In this document: in pieces, positions 9,104-20,401 of the stretch
Layout: every line of letters starts with the position of its first letter
How positions within the stretch are numbered: the first letter of the stretch is position 1
Assembly (NCBI GenBank): GCA_963700285.1
Contig: CAVOXA010000010.1
Location: 1,152,001-1,216,000 of the forward strand
Direction: 5' to 3'
Length of the DNA stretch: 64,000 nucleotides
DNA from: an uncultured Chloroflexia bacterium
Lineage (GTDB): Bacteria; Chloroflexota; Anaerolineae; JAAYZQ01
Made by a program: the position numbers and the translations under genes
The notes under the pieces: model-generated
What the model saw: the letters and a program-made list of their open reading frames with translations, nothing else
The model's database searches: none
Told to the model about the DNA's origin: nothing

Positions 9104-9826
9104 CTAGAACGCCTGATCCGTTGTCCACACTGTCCAGACCTTGCCCACAAGGTCCGGACCCACTTTGAGTGTCGGCTTGCCCGGCACCCAGCCAGAAGGT
9201 GTGGCTTCTGCCCCCTTGGTCTCACGCACGAGCTGGAAGGCTTGTACCTGGCGGATCAGCTCTGCGACACTCCGGCCTACCGGTGGTTGCAGCACCTCCA
9301 TGGCCTGGATCACCCCATCGGGGTCGATGAGGAAACGGCCCCGGATGTCCACGCCACCGGCTTCATCATACACACCGTACACCTGGCCGATCCTGCCCCC
9401 CGCATCAGATAGCATGGGATAGGGTACGCCGCCTTCGACCATCTTGGACAGTTCTTCCTCCTGCCAGATCTTGTGGCTGAATCGGCTATCGGTGCTCATG
9501 GCAAGGACTTCTACTCCCAGCGCCTTCAATTCCGGATACTTGACGGCCACGGCCGACAATTCCGTCGGTCACACAAAGGTGAAATCGCCGGGATAGAAGC
9601 AGAGACTTACCCACTTGCCGCGATAATCGGACAACTTGACGTTCTTAAAGCCCCCATCGACATAGGCTGCTGCTTCAAAATCAGGTGCTTCGTGACCTAC
9701 ACGTGCCAACGGCATTTGAACCTCCTCGTCGCGTACTTTGGTTTCGCCCTCGATGGCTGTCTCAGCTCTCGGAGCTACCAGCGGCCCCCCGGCAGGCTGG
9801 ACACACGAAACGGCCTTTTCGCTCAT
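9104..9826 (-). CDS. prxU: Selenocysteine-containing peroxiredoxin (UGA read-through at 9569-9571)
   Basis: ORFs 9569..9832 and 9104..9559 are in frame; [16 protein letters not shown] puts UGA at the peroxidatic Cys of the AhpC motif. Confidence 0.9.
9553..9568 (-). promoter_or_regulatory. Candidate SECIS hairpin just 3' of the UGA
   Basis: TGA-CCGAC-GGAATT-GTCGG stem-loop. Confidence 0.55.
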
Positions 9827-10113
9827 CCACACTCTCCTTATGGGACTGATCAGGCATGGCCCAATGCCATAGCCTACGGATATGACGGATTATAGCAAAA
9901 GCGCACCATTTCGTCAAATAAAAGGATGCGTTGTGTGTTTTCCCTGTGTGGAAATGCGCCCTTCCTGGGGTTATATGTCCAAAATAGAGGGGCGGCGTCA
10001 GCATAAGCGCTTGTCCTGCAACCCTGCCCTGATTTTTCCACAAACAACAAGGGCCAGTGGATTCCCACTGGCCCTGTCAGCATACAGTCCAGGTGCGCTG
10101 GAAAGACTCGGTC

Positions 10114-11658
10114 CTATTCGAGCCGCCAATCGGCCATAGCCGGCCTCCGGTGGGCTTGGGCGCGAATCCGCCGGCTGGCCCAGAGGTCGCGAAGCCCATG
10201 CAGGCCGATGTACCCGTAGCCGCCTACGTACAGCAGTAGAAACGGAACCGCAAAATAGTTGCCCACAAACAGCGCCACGGCAACCGTCAGCAGGGCATAG
10301 CCCGCCAAAGCCAGTTCACCCACTGTCACCCACTGGAAGGGAAGGACGTAGCGGCTACCCATCCAGCGGTCGCCCTTGTGCTCGATGTGGAACTTGGGGG
10401 TGCGCCGGAAGGGTAGGCTTCGCCCCAGCAGCCCCCTGGCAATGGCGATGGTGTTCGCGAGGGCCATGCCGGTCCCCAATGAAGCCAGTACGGGCATGTA
10501 AGCCATGCGTTTCTTCCAGTCAGGGTAAAGGTAGCGTTGCGACAGTGCGTAGGCAACCATCGGCCCCAGGGCCACCAGCCAAAAGATGGTGAGGTTGAAA
10601 GTCAAAGAGATTTGCCCCAAAAGCAAAGGCAGGGTGAGGAGCAACAGAAGCAGCGACATGGGGTAGGCGATCCAGACGCTGAGGTGTAGCAGCGCTTCCA
10701 GGCGCGCGGGCCAGGAGATGGGAGTCATCGCCTCGTTGCTATCTATGACCGGCCCGGGATATGGCCTGCCCTGCCACAACGACCCGGCCAGCTTGACCAG
10801 GCATTGGGCCGCGCCGGTGGCCCAGCGGGCCTGCTGTCGCTTGAAGGCGGCCATCTGCGGCGGCAGTTCGGCCGGGGCCTCGACCTCGGGCAGGTAGAGG
10901 GCCTGCCAGCCGGCCAGTTGGGCGCGCATGCTCAGATCTACATCCTCGGTCAGCGTGTCACCCTGCCAGCCACCGGCAGCCCTGATGGCTTCCCTTCGCC
11001 ATACCCCCGCCGTGCCGTTAAAGTTCATCAGCAGGCCGCTGCGATTGCGCCCCAGGTGTTCTACCACGAAATGGCCATCCAGGGCGAGGGTCTGGGATCG
11101 GGTTAGGGCCGAATAGTCGGCGTTGAGATAGCCCCAGCGTGTCTGTACAAAGCCCAGATTCGAATTCGCAGCCAGGTGGGGGATCGTGCTTTTCAAGAAA
11201 TCGGGATTTGGCACAAAATCAGCGTCAAAGATGGCGACCAGCTCGCCACGAGCTGTCTCCAGCCCGTGAGCCAGGGCGCCGGCCTTGAAGCCCTGCCGGT
11301 CGTGCCGGTGTACAAGCTCGATATCCAGGCCACGCACTTGATGGTGAGCCACGCCTGCGCAAGCCAGCCGCGTCGTTTCGTCCGTGGAGTCGTCCAACAC
11401 TTGAATTTGAAACCGGTCCCGAGGGTAGTCCAAGCGGGCCACGGCGTCGATCAGCCGCTTGACGACGTACAGCTCGTTATAGACCGGCAGTTGCACGGTC
11501 ACGACGGGCCAGGTCCCTGGCTCCGGTGGCCGGCTCGGGCGCTCCGTCCGGTGTCGCAGGTAGAGGCCTGCCAGCAACAGGGCATTGGCGCCATAGATGG
11601 CCACCAGTACAGCCGCGACTAGATAGATGATGCTCAGAACAGACACAACCGCCTCCAC
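10114..11658 (-). CDS. GT2 glycosyltransferase, cellulose-synthase-like, membrane
   Basis: QLPVYNE, DDSTD, FKAG, DADF, TEDVD, QQARW motifs; several TM segments. Confidence 0.92.
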   Translation of the reverse strand: MEAVVSVLSIIYLVAAVLVAIYGANALLLAGLYLRHRTERPSRPPEPGTWPVVTVQLPVYNELYVVKRLIDAVARLDYPRDRFQIQVLDDSTDETTRLACAGVAHHQVRGLDIELVHRHDRQGFKAGALAHGLETARGELVAIFDADFVPNPDFLKSTIPHLAANSNLGFVQTRWGYLNADYSALTRSQTLALDGHFVVEHLGRNRSGLLMNFNGTAGVWRREAIRAAGGWQGDTLTEDVDLSMRAQLAGWQALYLPEVEAPAELPPQMAAFKRQQARWATGAAQCLVKLAGSLWQGRPYPGPVIDSNEAMTPISWPARLEALLHLSVWIAYPMSLLLLLLTLPLLLGQISLTFNLTIFWLVALGPMVAYALSQRYLYPDWKKRMAYMPVLASLGTGMALANTIAIARGLLGRSLPFRRTPKFHIEHKGDRWMGSRYVLPFQWVTVGELALAGYALLTVAVALFVGNYFAVPFLLLYVGGYGYIGLHGLRDLWASRRIRAQAHRRPAMADWRLE

Positions 11659-11772
11659 GCTATTCCGACTAAGCAGGTCCGCAATCTGCTCCAGTCAATC
11701 CAGACAAACGCCGCAAGTATACCATCGCTCAATAGTCCTGGCAAAGAGTCAGCGCGCTGCGGCGCACAGCGT

Positions 11773-11802
11773 TTGACACCCTCTAGCAGCTTGGCGTACA
11801 AT
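11773..11802 (+). promoter_or_regulatory. sigma70-type promoter
   Basis: TTGACA-N18-TACAAT. Confidence 0.55.
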
Positions 11803-11854
11803 GGCGGGGATGTCCCAGTGAACCAGACGAGTCTGGTTGAATGGAGGTTTGAGG

Positions 11855-13045
11855 GTGAAGATCCCCTTTCCGGCGAGTCACGCCGAGGCGATGGCCGCGT
11901 TCCTCGAGGAATTGGTACGTATACCCAGCCTGTCCACCCATGAAGGTGCGATGGCGGCACGCCTGGCTAACGAGATGCGGCGGGTTGGTTTTGCAGAGGT
12001 CTGGACCGATCGCATCGGCAACGTCATTGGCCGGGTAGGCTCGGGCCAGGGCCCCAAGTTGGTCCTTGACGGCCACATGGACATCGTTGACGTCGGCGAA
12101 ACCGCACGCTGGACCCATCCCCCCTATGACAGCGTGATCAGAGACGGCGTTCTCTACGGACGTGGCGCCTGTGACATGAAAGGCGGGCTGGCGGCCATGG
12201 TCTACGGCGTCAAGGCACTGCTGGATGCAGGGATAGCGCTGGCCGGCGATCTATACCTGGTCGGCGTCGTGCAGGAGGAGCCCTGTGAGGGCTGCGCCAT
12301 GCGGGTCCTGGTTGAAGAAGAGGGCATCCGGCCCGACTATGTGGTCTTGGGCGAGCCCAGCAATCTGCAGGTCCGCGTCGGGCACCGTGGACGGTTGGAG
12401 ATGCGGGTCACCGTGCGGGGTACAGCGGCGCATGCCTCATCACCCTCCCTGGGCAGCAATGCCATCCAGAATGCAGCGCGGCTCATCTTTGGGATCGAGC
12501 TGCTAGCAGCTCGTCTGGCAACCGATCCGTTCTTGGGCCAGGGGACCCTGGCTGTCACCGAGATCGAAAGCCAGGCTGCCAGCCGCAACGCCATTCCTGA
12601 TCGTTGTGTCTTTTACATCGATCGCCGCCTGACCCTGGGTGAGACGGAGCGCAAGGCGTTGGCTGAGATACAGAACATCATCAACACGGAGGAGGTGGAC
12701 GCTCAGGTAGACGTGACCGAGTACCGGGCCACCAGTTATTCCGGCTACGACTGCAGTGCTAGAAACGCTTTTCCCGCCTGGGTCATGCCTGAAGACCATC
12801 ACCTGGTGCAGGCTACCGTGCGCAGCATACGGGAAACACTGGGCTACCGGCCTCGATTGGGAAGGTGGGATTTCTCGACAGACGGAACCTATACCGCCGG
12901 GGTGGCGAACATCCCGACGGTGGGCTTTGGTCCGGGTGAGGAGCGCTACGCCCACACGCAGGATGAACAGATCCGGTTGAACGACGTGGTCGACGCGGCG
13001 CGGGTTTATGCCCGCTTGGCGGTCGACCTATTGGGGACAAGTTGA
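11855..13045 (+). CDS. M20 metallohydrolase, YgeY-like (selenium-metabolism-linked family)
   Basis: DGHMDIV, GRGACDMKGG, QEEPCEG, GEPSNL..GHRGR, FSTDG, GFGPG..AH. Confidence 0.8.
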   Translation: MKIPFPASHAEAMAAFLEELVRIPSLSTHEGAMAARLANEMRRVGFAEVWTDRIGNVIGRVGSGQGPKLVLDGHMDIVDVGETARWTHPPYDSVIRDGVLYGRGACDMKGGLAAMVYGVKALLDAGIALAGDLYLVGVVQEEPCEGCAMRVLVEEEGIRPDYVVLGEPSNLQVRVGHRGRLEMRVTVRGTAAHASSPSLGSNAIQNAARLIFGIELLAARLATDPFLGQGTLAVTEIESQAASRNAIPDRCVFYIDRRLTLGETERKALAEIQNIINTEEVDAQVDVTEYRATSYSGYDCSARNAFPAWVMPEDHHLVQATVRSIRETLGYRPRLGRWDFSTDGTYTAGVANIPTVGFGPGEERYAHTQDEQIRLNDVVDAARVYARLAVDLLGTS

Positions 13046-13088
13046 GACTTTTCTCAAGATCTGCCAGGGCCCTATGGAGGAACATGCA

Positions 13089-13646
13089 ATGAAAGTCATC
13101 AAACCAGGTTCGACAAACCTTTACCCTATCCCAGCGGTGGTGGTGAGCTGTGGTCTGGAGCGGCCCAACCTCATTACCCTAGCTTGGGTGGGTACCACCA
13201 GTTCCGAGCCAGCATCGCTGAGCATTGCTGTGCGGCCCGAGCGTTTCTCCCACGGCTTGCTCGTGGAGGCCGGCGAATTCGTCGTCAATCTCCCCAGTGC
13301 CGGCCAGGTGGACGTCGTTGACTATTGCGGGCAGGTCTCCGGCCGAGATGTGGACAAGTGGGCAGCGTGCGGGCTGACAGCGGTTCCCGCGAGCAAGATC
13401 CGCACGCCCCTGATCGCCGAGTTTCCGGTCGCCCTGGAGTGTCGCGTGTCGCACCACCTGGAGCTTGGCGTCCACGACCTCTTTATTGGCGAGGTGCTTG
13501 CCGTGCAGATCGATGAAGGGGTCTTGAATAGCAAAAGCCAGTTGGATGCCGAATTGGCGCAGCCTCTGGCCTTCGTCGGGGGTTACTACTACGACCTGGG
13601 AAAGAAACTGGGCCGCTATGGCGACTGGAGGGCAGCGTTCAAGTAG
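13089..13646 (+). CDS. Flavin reductase-like (flavoredoxin) protein
   Basis: YPIPAVVVS, NLITLAW, GEFVVNLP, SGRDVDK, HDLFIGEV. Confidence 0.9.
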   Translation: MKVIKPGSTNLYPIPAVVVSCGLERPNLITLAWVGTTSSEPASLSIAVRPERFSHGLLVEAGEFVVNLPSAGQVDVVDYCGQVSGRDVDKWAACGLTAVPASKIRTPLIAEFPVALECRVSHHLELGVHDLFIGEVLAVQIDEGVLNSKSQLDAELAQPLAFVGGYYYDLGKKLGRYGDWRAAFK

Positions 13647-13718
13647 GTTGGCGCGATAGCAGAAGGCAGGACCTCAAGTCTTTTTTTTCGCCTCTTGCAG
13701 TCGAATTCAGGTTCTGAC

Positions 13719-13747
13719 TTGACTCCCCCGCAAATCCGTCGTACACT
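13719..13747 (+). promoter_or_regulatory. sigma70-type promoter of por operon
   Basis: TTGACT-N17-TACACT after a T-rich terminator-like stretch. Confidence 0.55.
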
Positions 13748-13885
13748 CTTAGCCTGAAGGGATCACCGGACGATTGCCCGCATGCCGGCGCAGACCTTCA
13801 AACGATCAAATCGCTTGTCACCAGCATGCAGCAAGGAGCATGCCATACGGCACGATCCCAGCATGCCTACCCGAGGAGCCACACC

Positions 13886-14465
13886 ATGGATGACCTGATA
13901 GAGATCCGCTGGCACGGTCGCGGCGGGCAGGGCGTGGTCACCGCCAGCAAGCTGCTGGCTGAGGCGGCCCTGGCCAGCGGCCAGTACTTCCAGGCTTTCC
14001 CCGACTATGGGCCCGAGCGCATGGGCGCCCCCATCCGCGCCTTTACCCGGCTCAGTCCCCGGCCCATCCGCATCCATTCCGCCGATCGAGAACGCCCGAT
14101 GTCGTGGTCGTCCTCGATCCCACCCTGCTGGGGACAGTGGCGGTGACGGAGGGGCTTAAGGAGGATGGCATCGCTGTTGGTCAACACCTCGACGAGCCCG
14201 GCCGGGATACGCAACGACGACCGGCTTCCAAGCGGGGGCAGGTCTTTACTGTGGACGCCAGCCACATCGCCATCGAGGAAATCGGCCGGGAGATCACCAA
14301 CACGCCCATGCTGGGCGCCTTGGCCCGGGCCACGGGCCTTTTCGACATTGAAGAATTGAGCGGCGAGTTGCGTGCCTGGTTCGGCAAGAAACTGCCGCCC
14401 AGAGGCCGTCGAGGCCAACGTCCGGGCCATGCGCCGGGCGGCCGACGCCGTACAGGGAGGGTTAG
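13886..14465 (+). CDS. porC: Pyruvate/2-oxoacid:ferredoxin oxidoreductase gamma subunit (frameshifted in assembly)
   Basis: [27 protein letters not shown], then VVLDPTL, VDASHIA, NTPMLGA in another frame. Confidence 0.88.
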
Positions 14466-14475
14466 GAGAGCTCGT

Positions 14476-14829
14476 ATGAAGCTGAAAGGCTGGCGGGAGC
14501 TCCCCATCGGCGGCATGATCCTGGAGGCCGGGAACGCCGTAGATTATCATCACCGGCGGCTGGCGGGCCTTCCGGCCCGTCCGCGGCCAGGCCGAGTGCA
14601 CCCACTGCTTCCAGTGCTGGCTGTTCTGCCCCGACTCTAGCATTCTGGTGGACACCGAGCAGGAGGAGATGGTCGGCTTTGACCTGGAGCACTGCAAGGG
14701 CTGCGGCATCTGCGCCGCGGTCTGCCCGGTCAACGCCAAGGTGGTACGCAAGGCAGGGGAGGAGTTGGCCCGGGATGACGTTCGCCTGTGCATCCACATG
14801 ATCGAAGAGGGAAGTTGCCCGGAGGGTGA
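14476..14829 (+). CDS. porD: Oxidoreductase delta subunit (2x[4Fe-4S]), frameshifted
   Basis: [39 protein letters not shown]. Confidence 0.85.
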
Positions 14830-14833
14830 GACC

Positions 14834-16030
14834 ATGAGCCGATTCGAAGCCCTGTCCGGGAACGAGGCGGTCGCCACGGCCATGCGCCAGATCAACCCCG
14901 ACGTGGTGGCCGCCTACCCCATCACCCCTCAGACCTCCACCGTGCAGACATTCGCCGACTACGTCGCCGACGGGCTGGTGGACACCGAGTTTGTGACGGT
15001 GGAGAGCGAGCACAGCGCCATGAGCGCCTGTGTCGGCGCCTCGGCGGCCGGCGCGCGGGTGATGACGGCCACGTCTCGGCCAACGGCCTGGCCCTGATGT
15101 GGGAGATCCTCTATATCGCTGCCTCCAACCGCTGCCCCATCGTCATGAGCCTGGTCAACCGGGCCCTGTCGGGCCCCATCAACATCCACTGCGACCACGC
15201 CGACGTGATGGGCATGCGCGACAGCGGCTGGATCATCCTGCTTCTCGGAGAACGGCCAGGAAGCCTACGACAACCTGATCCAGGCCGTGCGCATCGGCGA
15301 GCATCCCGACGTGCTGCTGCCCGTGGTGGTCTGCCAGGACGGCTTTATCACCAGCCACGGCATCGAGCGGGTAGAGATCTATGACGACGGCGAGGTGAAG
15401 GCATTTGTGGGCGAGTATCACCCCCAGTGGCCGCTGCTGGACCTGGAGAAGCCCAAGACCTATGGCGCCGCTGGACTTTCACGACTACTACTATGAGCAC
15501 AAGCGGCAGCAGGTGGAGGCCATGGAGGATGCCCAGGCAGGTGATCCTGGAGGTGGCCGGGGAGTTCAACCGGCAGTTCGACCGGAACTACGGCCTGTTC
15601 GAGGCCTACCGGCTGGACGACGCCGAGGTGGCCATCGTGGTCGCCAACTCGACAGCGGGCACGGCCAAGGTCGTCGTCGACCAGCTGCGGGACGGAGGGC
15701 GTCAAGGTCGGGCTGCTCAAGCCGCGCGTCTTCCGTCCTTTCCCGGCGCAAGGAGATGGCCGAGGCGCTGGGTCACCTGAAGGCGGTGGCCGTGATGGAC
15801 CGTTCCATCTCCTTTGGGGCGATGGACAACGCTGGCCCCCTCTTCCTGGAGATCGGTGGCGGCTCTGGCCGTGCATGGCGTTCAGGTGCCGGTAGCCGAC
15901 TATGTCTACGGCCTGGGCGGGCGCGATATCCTGCCCCACGAGATCGAGGCGGTCTACCGCGACCTGCTCGGCACCGCCGAGACGGGGCAGGTGGACGCGC
16001 AGGGTCCAGTACCTGGGCGTGCGGGAATAG
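14834..16030 (+). CDS. porA: Oxidoreductase alpha subunit, frameshifted
   Basis: [44 protein letters not shown] spread over several frames. Confidence 0.88.
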
Positions 16031-16040
16031 GGAGGGACAG

Positions 16041-16981
16041 ATGGCAACAAGACTGGTGCCCAAGGAATTGGCCAAACGGCCCGAGCGGCTGGCGCCCGGG
16101 CCACCGGCTTGTGCGCCGGCTGCGGCGCGTCCATCGTCGTGCGCCAGGTGCTGGCGGCCATCGACGAGCCGGTGGTCATCGCCAATGCCACCGGCTGCCT
16201 GGAGGTGGCGACCACCATCTATCCCTACACCGCCTGGCAGGTGCCCTGGATCCACAACGCCTTTGAGAACGCGGCGGCCACCATCAGCGGCGTCGAGGCC
16301 GCCTACCGCAGCCTGGTGCGCCAGGGCAAGATCCCGGAGCAGAACGTCAGGTTCGTCGCCTTTGGCGGCGACGGCGGCACCTACGACATCGGCCTGCAGT
16401 CCCTGTCCGGCGCGATGGAGCGCGGGCACCAGCTTCCTCTACGTCTGCTACGACAACGGCGCCTACATGAACACCGGCATCCAGCGCTCCAGCGCCACGC
16501 CCTTCGGCGCCAACACCACCACCTCGCCGGCGGGCAAGGTCATCCCCGGCAAGCAGCAGTTCCGCAAGGACCTGACGGCGATCATGGCCGCCCACGACAT
16601 CCCCTACGTGGCCCAGGCCGCACCCAGCCGCTGGCGCGACCTGATGCAAAAGACGCGCAAGGCGGTGGCACTGCGGCGGGCCCGCCTTCATGAACGTGCT
16701 GGCCTCCTGCAACCGGGGCTGGCGGCACGGCACCGACGAGACCATCGAGCTCACCCAGTTGGCCGTGGACACCTGCTACTGGCCGCTCTTCGAGGTGGAG
16801 GACGGCGAGTGGCGGCTGAGCTACAGGCCCAGGGAAAAGCAGCCGGTGGAGGACTGGCTGAAGCGGCAGGGCCGCTTCCGGCACCTCTTCCAGCCGGAGA
16901 ACCGGCATCATGATCGAAGAATTCCAGGCGGAGGTGGACCGGCGCTGGGAGCGGCTGCTCAAGCGTTGCGGCGAAGCGTAG
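16041..16981 (+). CDS. porB: Oxidoreductase beta subunit (TPP-binding), frameshifted
   Basis: [44 protein letters not shown]. Confidence 0.88.
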
Positions 16982-17082
16982 AGTGGAGGAAATCCCATAG
17001 GCTGCATTACCGTCAGGCAACTATGCAGCCATCACCACTTTCTAACCCCCAAGGCAACTCAGGACTGGCGTGCCTGAAAGAG

Positions 17083-18987
17083 TTATGGTACCAGGCTGAG
17101 CTCCTTCTCTGCGCCAAACTGGGTCTCGTACAGGTGGGCGTAAAGGCCACCCAAGGCCAGCAGTTGGTCGTGCGTCCCCACCTCCACGAGCCGGCCCCCA
17201 TCCAGCACCAGGATCTTGTCCGCCTTGAGGATGGTGGACAGCCGGTGAGCGATGACCAGGTTGGTGCGCCCTTCGAAGAGAGGCTCCAGGGCGGCCTGGA
17301 TCAGCGCCTCGCTTTCAGAATCCAGGTGCGATGTGGCCTCGTCAAGGACCAGGATGCAGGGGTCTTTTAGGATAACGCGGGCGATGGCCAGCCGCTGCTT
17401 TTCTCCACCACTCAGGCGGTAGCCCCGCTCACCGACCAGAGTGTCATAGCCATCGGATAGCCCGGCGATGAAATCGTGGATGTTGGCTGCCCGGCAGGCC
17501 GCCTCCAGTTCCTCCTGGGTGGCATCAGGGCGAGCGTACAGCAGGTTGGCTCGCACGGTATCGTGGAACAGGTAGGTCTCCTGGGTGACCATCCCGATCT
17601 GGCGGGCCAGAGACTCCTGTGTCACGTCGCGCAGATCGCGGCCGTCTACCGTGATGCGGCCCTCGACCGGGTCATACAGGCGGGGAAGCAGGTAGGTAAC
17701 CGTCGTCTTGCCCGCCCCGCTGGGACCAACCAGCGCGACCAGTTGTCCTGGCTGAACCTCAAAGCTCAGGTGGCGCAGCGCCCAGCGGCGGCTGGCAGCC
17801 GGACCTATGGTCGCCTCCAGGCTATCACCATTCTTCCCCCGCTCATCAGGGGCCACCTCACGCTCGTCGTCCCCGTCCAGGTAGCTGAAGGACACGTCCT
17901 GGAACCGCACGCGACCATCCACATCGCCCAGACTGACGGCCTGCGGCGGGTCCTCGATCTCCACCGGCAGGTCCAGGTACTCAAATACTCGTTCAAAGCT
18001 GACCATGGAGGTGGCAAACTCGACCTGGACGTTGGTCAGCGCCGAGATGGGGCCATAGAGTCGCACCAGGTAGGCGGCAAAAGCCACGATGGTGCCCACG
18101 GTGATGACTCCCTCCAGCACCATGTATCCGCCGGCCCAGTAGATCAAGGCCGTGCCGATGGCGCCGGCAATGCCCAGCCCCATAAAGAACCAGCGACCGA
18201 CCAGCGCCTGCCGCACGCCGATGTCGCGCACGTTGCGGTTGGTCTCGCGAAAGCGGCTCACCTCCTGGCGCTGGCGGCCAAAGGTCTTGACCAGCAGGGC
18301 GCCGTTGATGCCCAGCGTCTCGCTGATGATGCTGCTCATGTCAGCGTTGTATTTCAGCGCATCCCTGCGGATGTTCCGCAGGGTGCGGCCCACACGCCGG
18401 GCAGGCAACAAAAAGAGGGGCAGTACGACGACCGACAGCAGAGCCAACCGCCATTCGATAGAGATCATCACGGCCAGGGTGGTGATGACGGTAATGCCGT
18501 TGGTCACAATGTTGGGCAGCGTGCCCGTCACAGCGTTTTGAGCGCCAACCACGTCGTTGTTAAAGCGGGAGATGATCTCGCCCGCCTTGGTGTGGGTAAA
18601 GAAGCGCAGCGACATGCTCTGCAGGTGCTCGTACATCTCCTGGCGAAGGTCAAAGATGATGCCCTCGCCCACCCGGGCGCTCAGATAGCGCTCCCCGACG
18701 CCGACAAGGCCGCTGATCAGCGGGATGGCGATCATGCCCAGGGCCAGCAGGTTCAGCAGGGCATAGTTCTGGTTGGGCAGCACATCATCGATCAGAGCGC
18801 GGTAGAGCAGTGGGGGGATCAACCCCAGGAAAGCGATCGCCACGATGGCCACTAGCATCACGATCATGGCCATCCAATAGGGCCGGGCATAGGCCAGCAC
18901 CCGGCGCATCAGTCGCCGGTCGACGCGCGGCTTCCCTTTCGATTCATCGTATCTGAGGTAACTCCACCAGCCTCCGCCATGCATCAT
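17083..18987 (-). CDS. ABC exporter, fused permease/ATP-binding protein
   Basis: TM domain plus GPSGAGKTT, LSGGEKQR, LDEATS, AHRLST. Confidence 0.95.
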   Translation of the reverse strand: MMHGGGWWSYLRYDESKGKPRVDRRLMRRVLAYARPYWMAMIVMLVAIVAIAFLGLIPPLLYRALIDDVLPNQNYALLNLLALGMIAIPLISGLVGVGERYLSARVGEGIIFDLRQEMYEHLQSMSLRFFTHTKAGEIISRFNNDVVGAQNAVTGTLPNIVTNGITVITTLAVMISIEWRLALLSVVVLPLFLLPARRVGRTLRNIRRDALKYNADMSSIISETLGINGALLVKTFGRQRQEVSRFRETNRNVRDIGVRQALVGRWFFMGLGIAGAIGTALIYWAGGYMVLEGVITVGTIVAFAAYLVRLYGPISALTNVQVEFATSMVSFERVFEYLDLPVEIEDPPQAVSLGDVDGRVRFQDVSFSYLDGDDEREVAPDERGKNGDSLEATIGPAASRRWALRHLSFEVQPGQLVALVGPSGAGKTTVTYLLPRLYDPVEGRITVDGRDLRDVTQESLARQIGMVTQETYLFHDTVRANLLYARPDATQEELEAACRAANIHDFIAGLSDGYDTLVGERGYRLSGGEKQRLAIARVILKDPCILVLDEATSHLDSESEALIQAALEPLFEGRTNLVIAHRLSTILKADKILVLDGGRLVEVGTHDQLLALGGLYAHLYETQFGAEKELSLVP

Positions 18988-19254
18988 TCGCCGCTTACTC
19001 CTTTATCCACCAACCGAGTGAACTCATCTTACCACGGGATCGGCTTCCTGTCCCGGGCCCCCCCCGGTGGGGCTGCCTTCGGACAAGGTCGCCACTGGGG
19101 ACATTCTCAAAAACCGCATGGGGACGATGAGTCACCGCCAGTGTAGCTACAGATCATCACCGTGTCAAATCCGTACGCTACCGCCTCGAACACAAACAGT
19201 CTCACCCTGCCCCACCTCCGTCAGGTCTGCAACATTGGCGTTCATCGGAGATTG

Positions 19255-19380
19255 TAGGATGGACAGATCGACCTCCAAGACAGAAGGACGACGGACGACA
19301 GGCTACGGACGATGGATGTCGAAGGGTGGCCTATCGTCTATCGTCTACAGTCTGTCGTCTATGGTCTACCGACCGCCGTC
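19255..19380. repeat. Heptamer-repeat imperfect inverted repeat (REP-like)
   Basis: GACGACG/GACGATG units mirrored by TATCGTC/TGTCGTC units. Confidence 0.6.
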
Positions 19381-19381
19381 G

Positions 19382-20278
19382 CTATCCCCGCTCGCCGATG
19401 ACGACATCCAGATCCTGCACCTGTCCAGCGCGCACAATACGCAGGGGCACCGACGCGCCGGCCCGGTCACCGCTCAGCAGAACTTGTAGGGCATCGTGGT
19501 GGGGCACGGGCTGGCCGTCAAGGGAGACGATGGTGTCTCCCAAGAGCAGTCCCCCCGCCTCGGCGGGGCTGCCGGGCTTGACCTGCACCAAGAGCAGGCC
19601 GGTTTCCTGGCCGAGCTGCTCCGCCAGGTTCGCCGGCAAGCGCACCGGCTGGATGCCGATGCCCAGGTAGCCGCGGCGCACGCGGCCATGGACCAGGATC
19701 GTCTCCACCACGCGCTGCACAGTTGCGGACGGCACCGCCAAGCTGACGCCACGCAGCAGCGCCGAGGTGTTGAGTCCTAGCAGATGGCCGCCGGCATCGA
19801 CCAGTGGCCCGCCCGAGAAACCAGGATACATGACCACGTCTGTCTGCAAGTAGTGATCCAGTTTTCCGCCAGCCGGCGTGCGCCACTCCTGACTCAGGGC
19901 GCTGACGATGCCCAGCGCAGCCTGGACCGTTTGGCCCGGCCGGCCCAGGGCCAGCACGAGGTGGCCTACACGCAGGTGATCCGCCGGGGTCCACGAGGCC
20001 GGGGTCAATCCTCCAGCCTCGGCTCGCAGTACGGCAAGGTCCGTCGTTGGATCGCGGCCAACGAGTGTCGCCGGTACAGCCTGGCCATCTGGCAGGCCCA
20101 CGCGGATGCTCTCGTCCCGCCGGACCACGTGATGGGCGGAGACGATGATGCCATCCTCCGACCAGACGACACCAGTTGCCGGCAGCCGGCGCCGGGCCTC
20201 TACCCGTACAGCGCTCCCGCCCCCGGCCTCGACGACGCTGGCCATTGCGGCCGATAGATTGCTCAACAATTCTGCCAT
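19382..20278 (-). CDS. S1C (HtrA-like) serine protease with PDZ domain, no signal peptide
   Basis: Triad SAHHV, TDLAV, PGFSGGPL; C-terminal GYLGI PDZ. Confidence 0.9.
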   Translation of the reverse strand: MAELLSNLSAAMASVVEAGGGSAVRVEARRRLPATGVVWSEDGIIVSAHHVVRRDESIRVGLPDGQAVPATLVGRDPTTDLAVLRAEAGGLTPASWTPADHLRVGHLVLALGRPGQTVQAALGIVSALSQEWRTPAGGKLDHYLQTDVVMYPGFSGGPLVDAGGHLLGLNTSALLRGVSLAVPSATVQRVVETILVHGRVRRGYLGIGIQPVRLPANLAEQLGQETGLLLVQVKPGSPAEAGGLLLGDTIVSLDGQPVPHHDALQVLLSGDRAGASVPLRIVRAGQVQDLDVVIGERG

Positions 20279-20338
20279 TCCTCAACCTCCCATTCCTGTT
20301 TTGCCTGCCAGTATAGCAGATGAAAGCACCCGGCACAT

Positions 20339-20352
20339 CCCCCATATGGGGG
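20339..20352. promoter_or_regulatory. Palindromic site between response regulator and protease
   Basis: CCCCCATATGGGGG perfect palindrome upstream of the protease. Confidence 0.35.
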
Positions 20353-20401
20353 GCCGGGACCTGGAGGTATGGCTAGGGTGGTCCTGGAAAAAAGGAGGGG
20401 G

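Noticed and set aside
14648-15097. Apparent porD-porA fusion ORF
   Set aside because: porA has its own RBS (GGAGGG) and ATG at 14834; the read-through is probably an indel artefact
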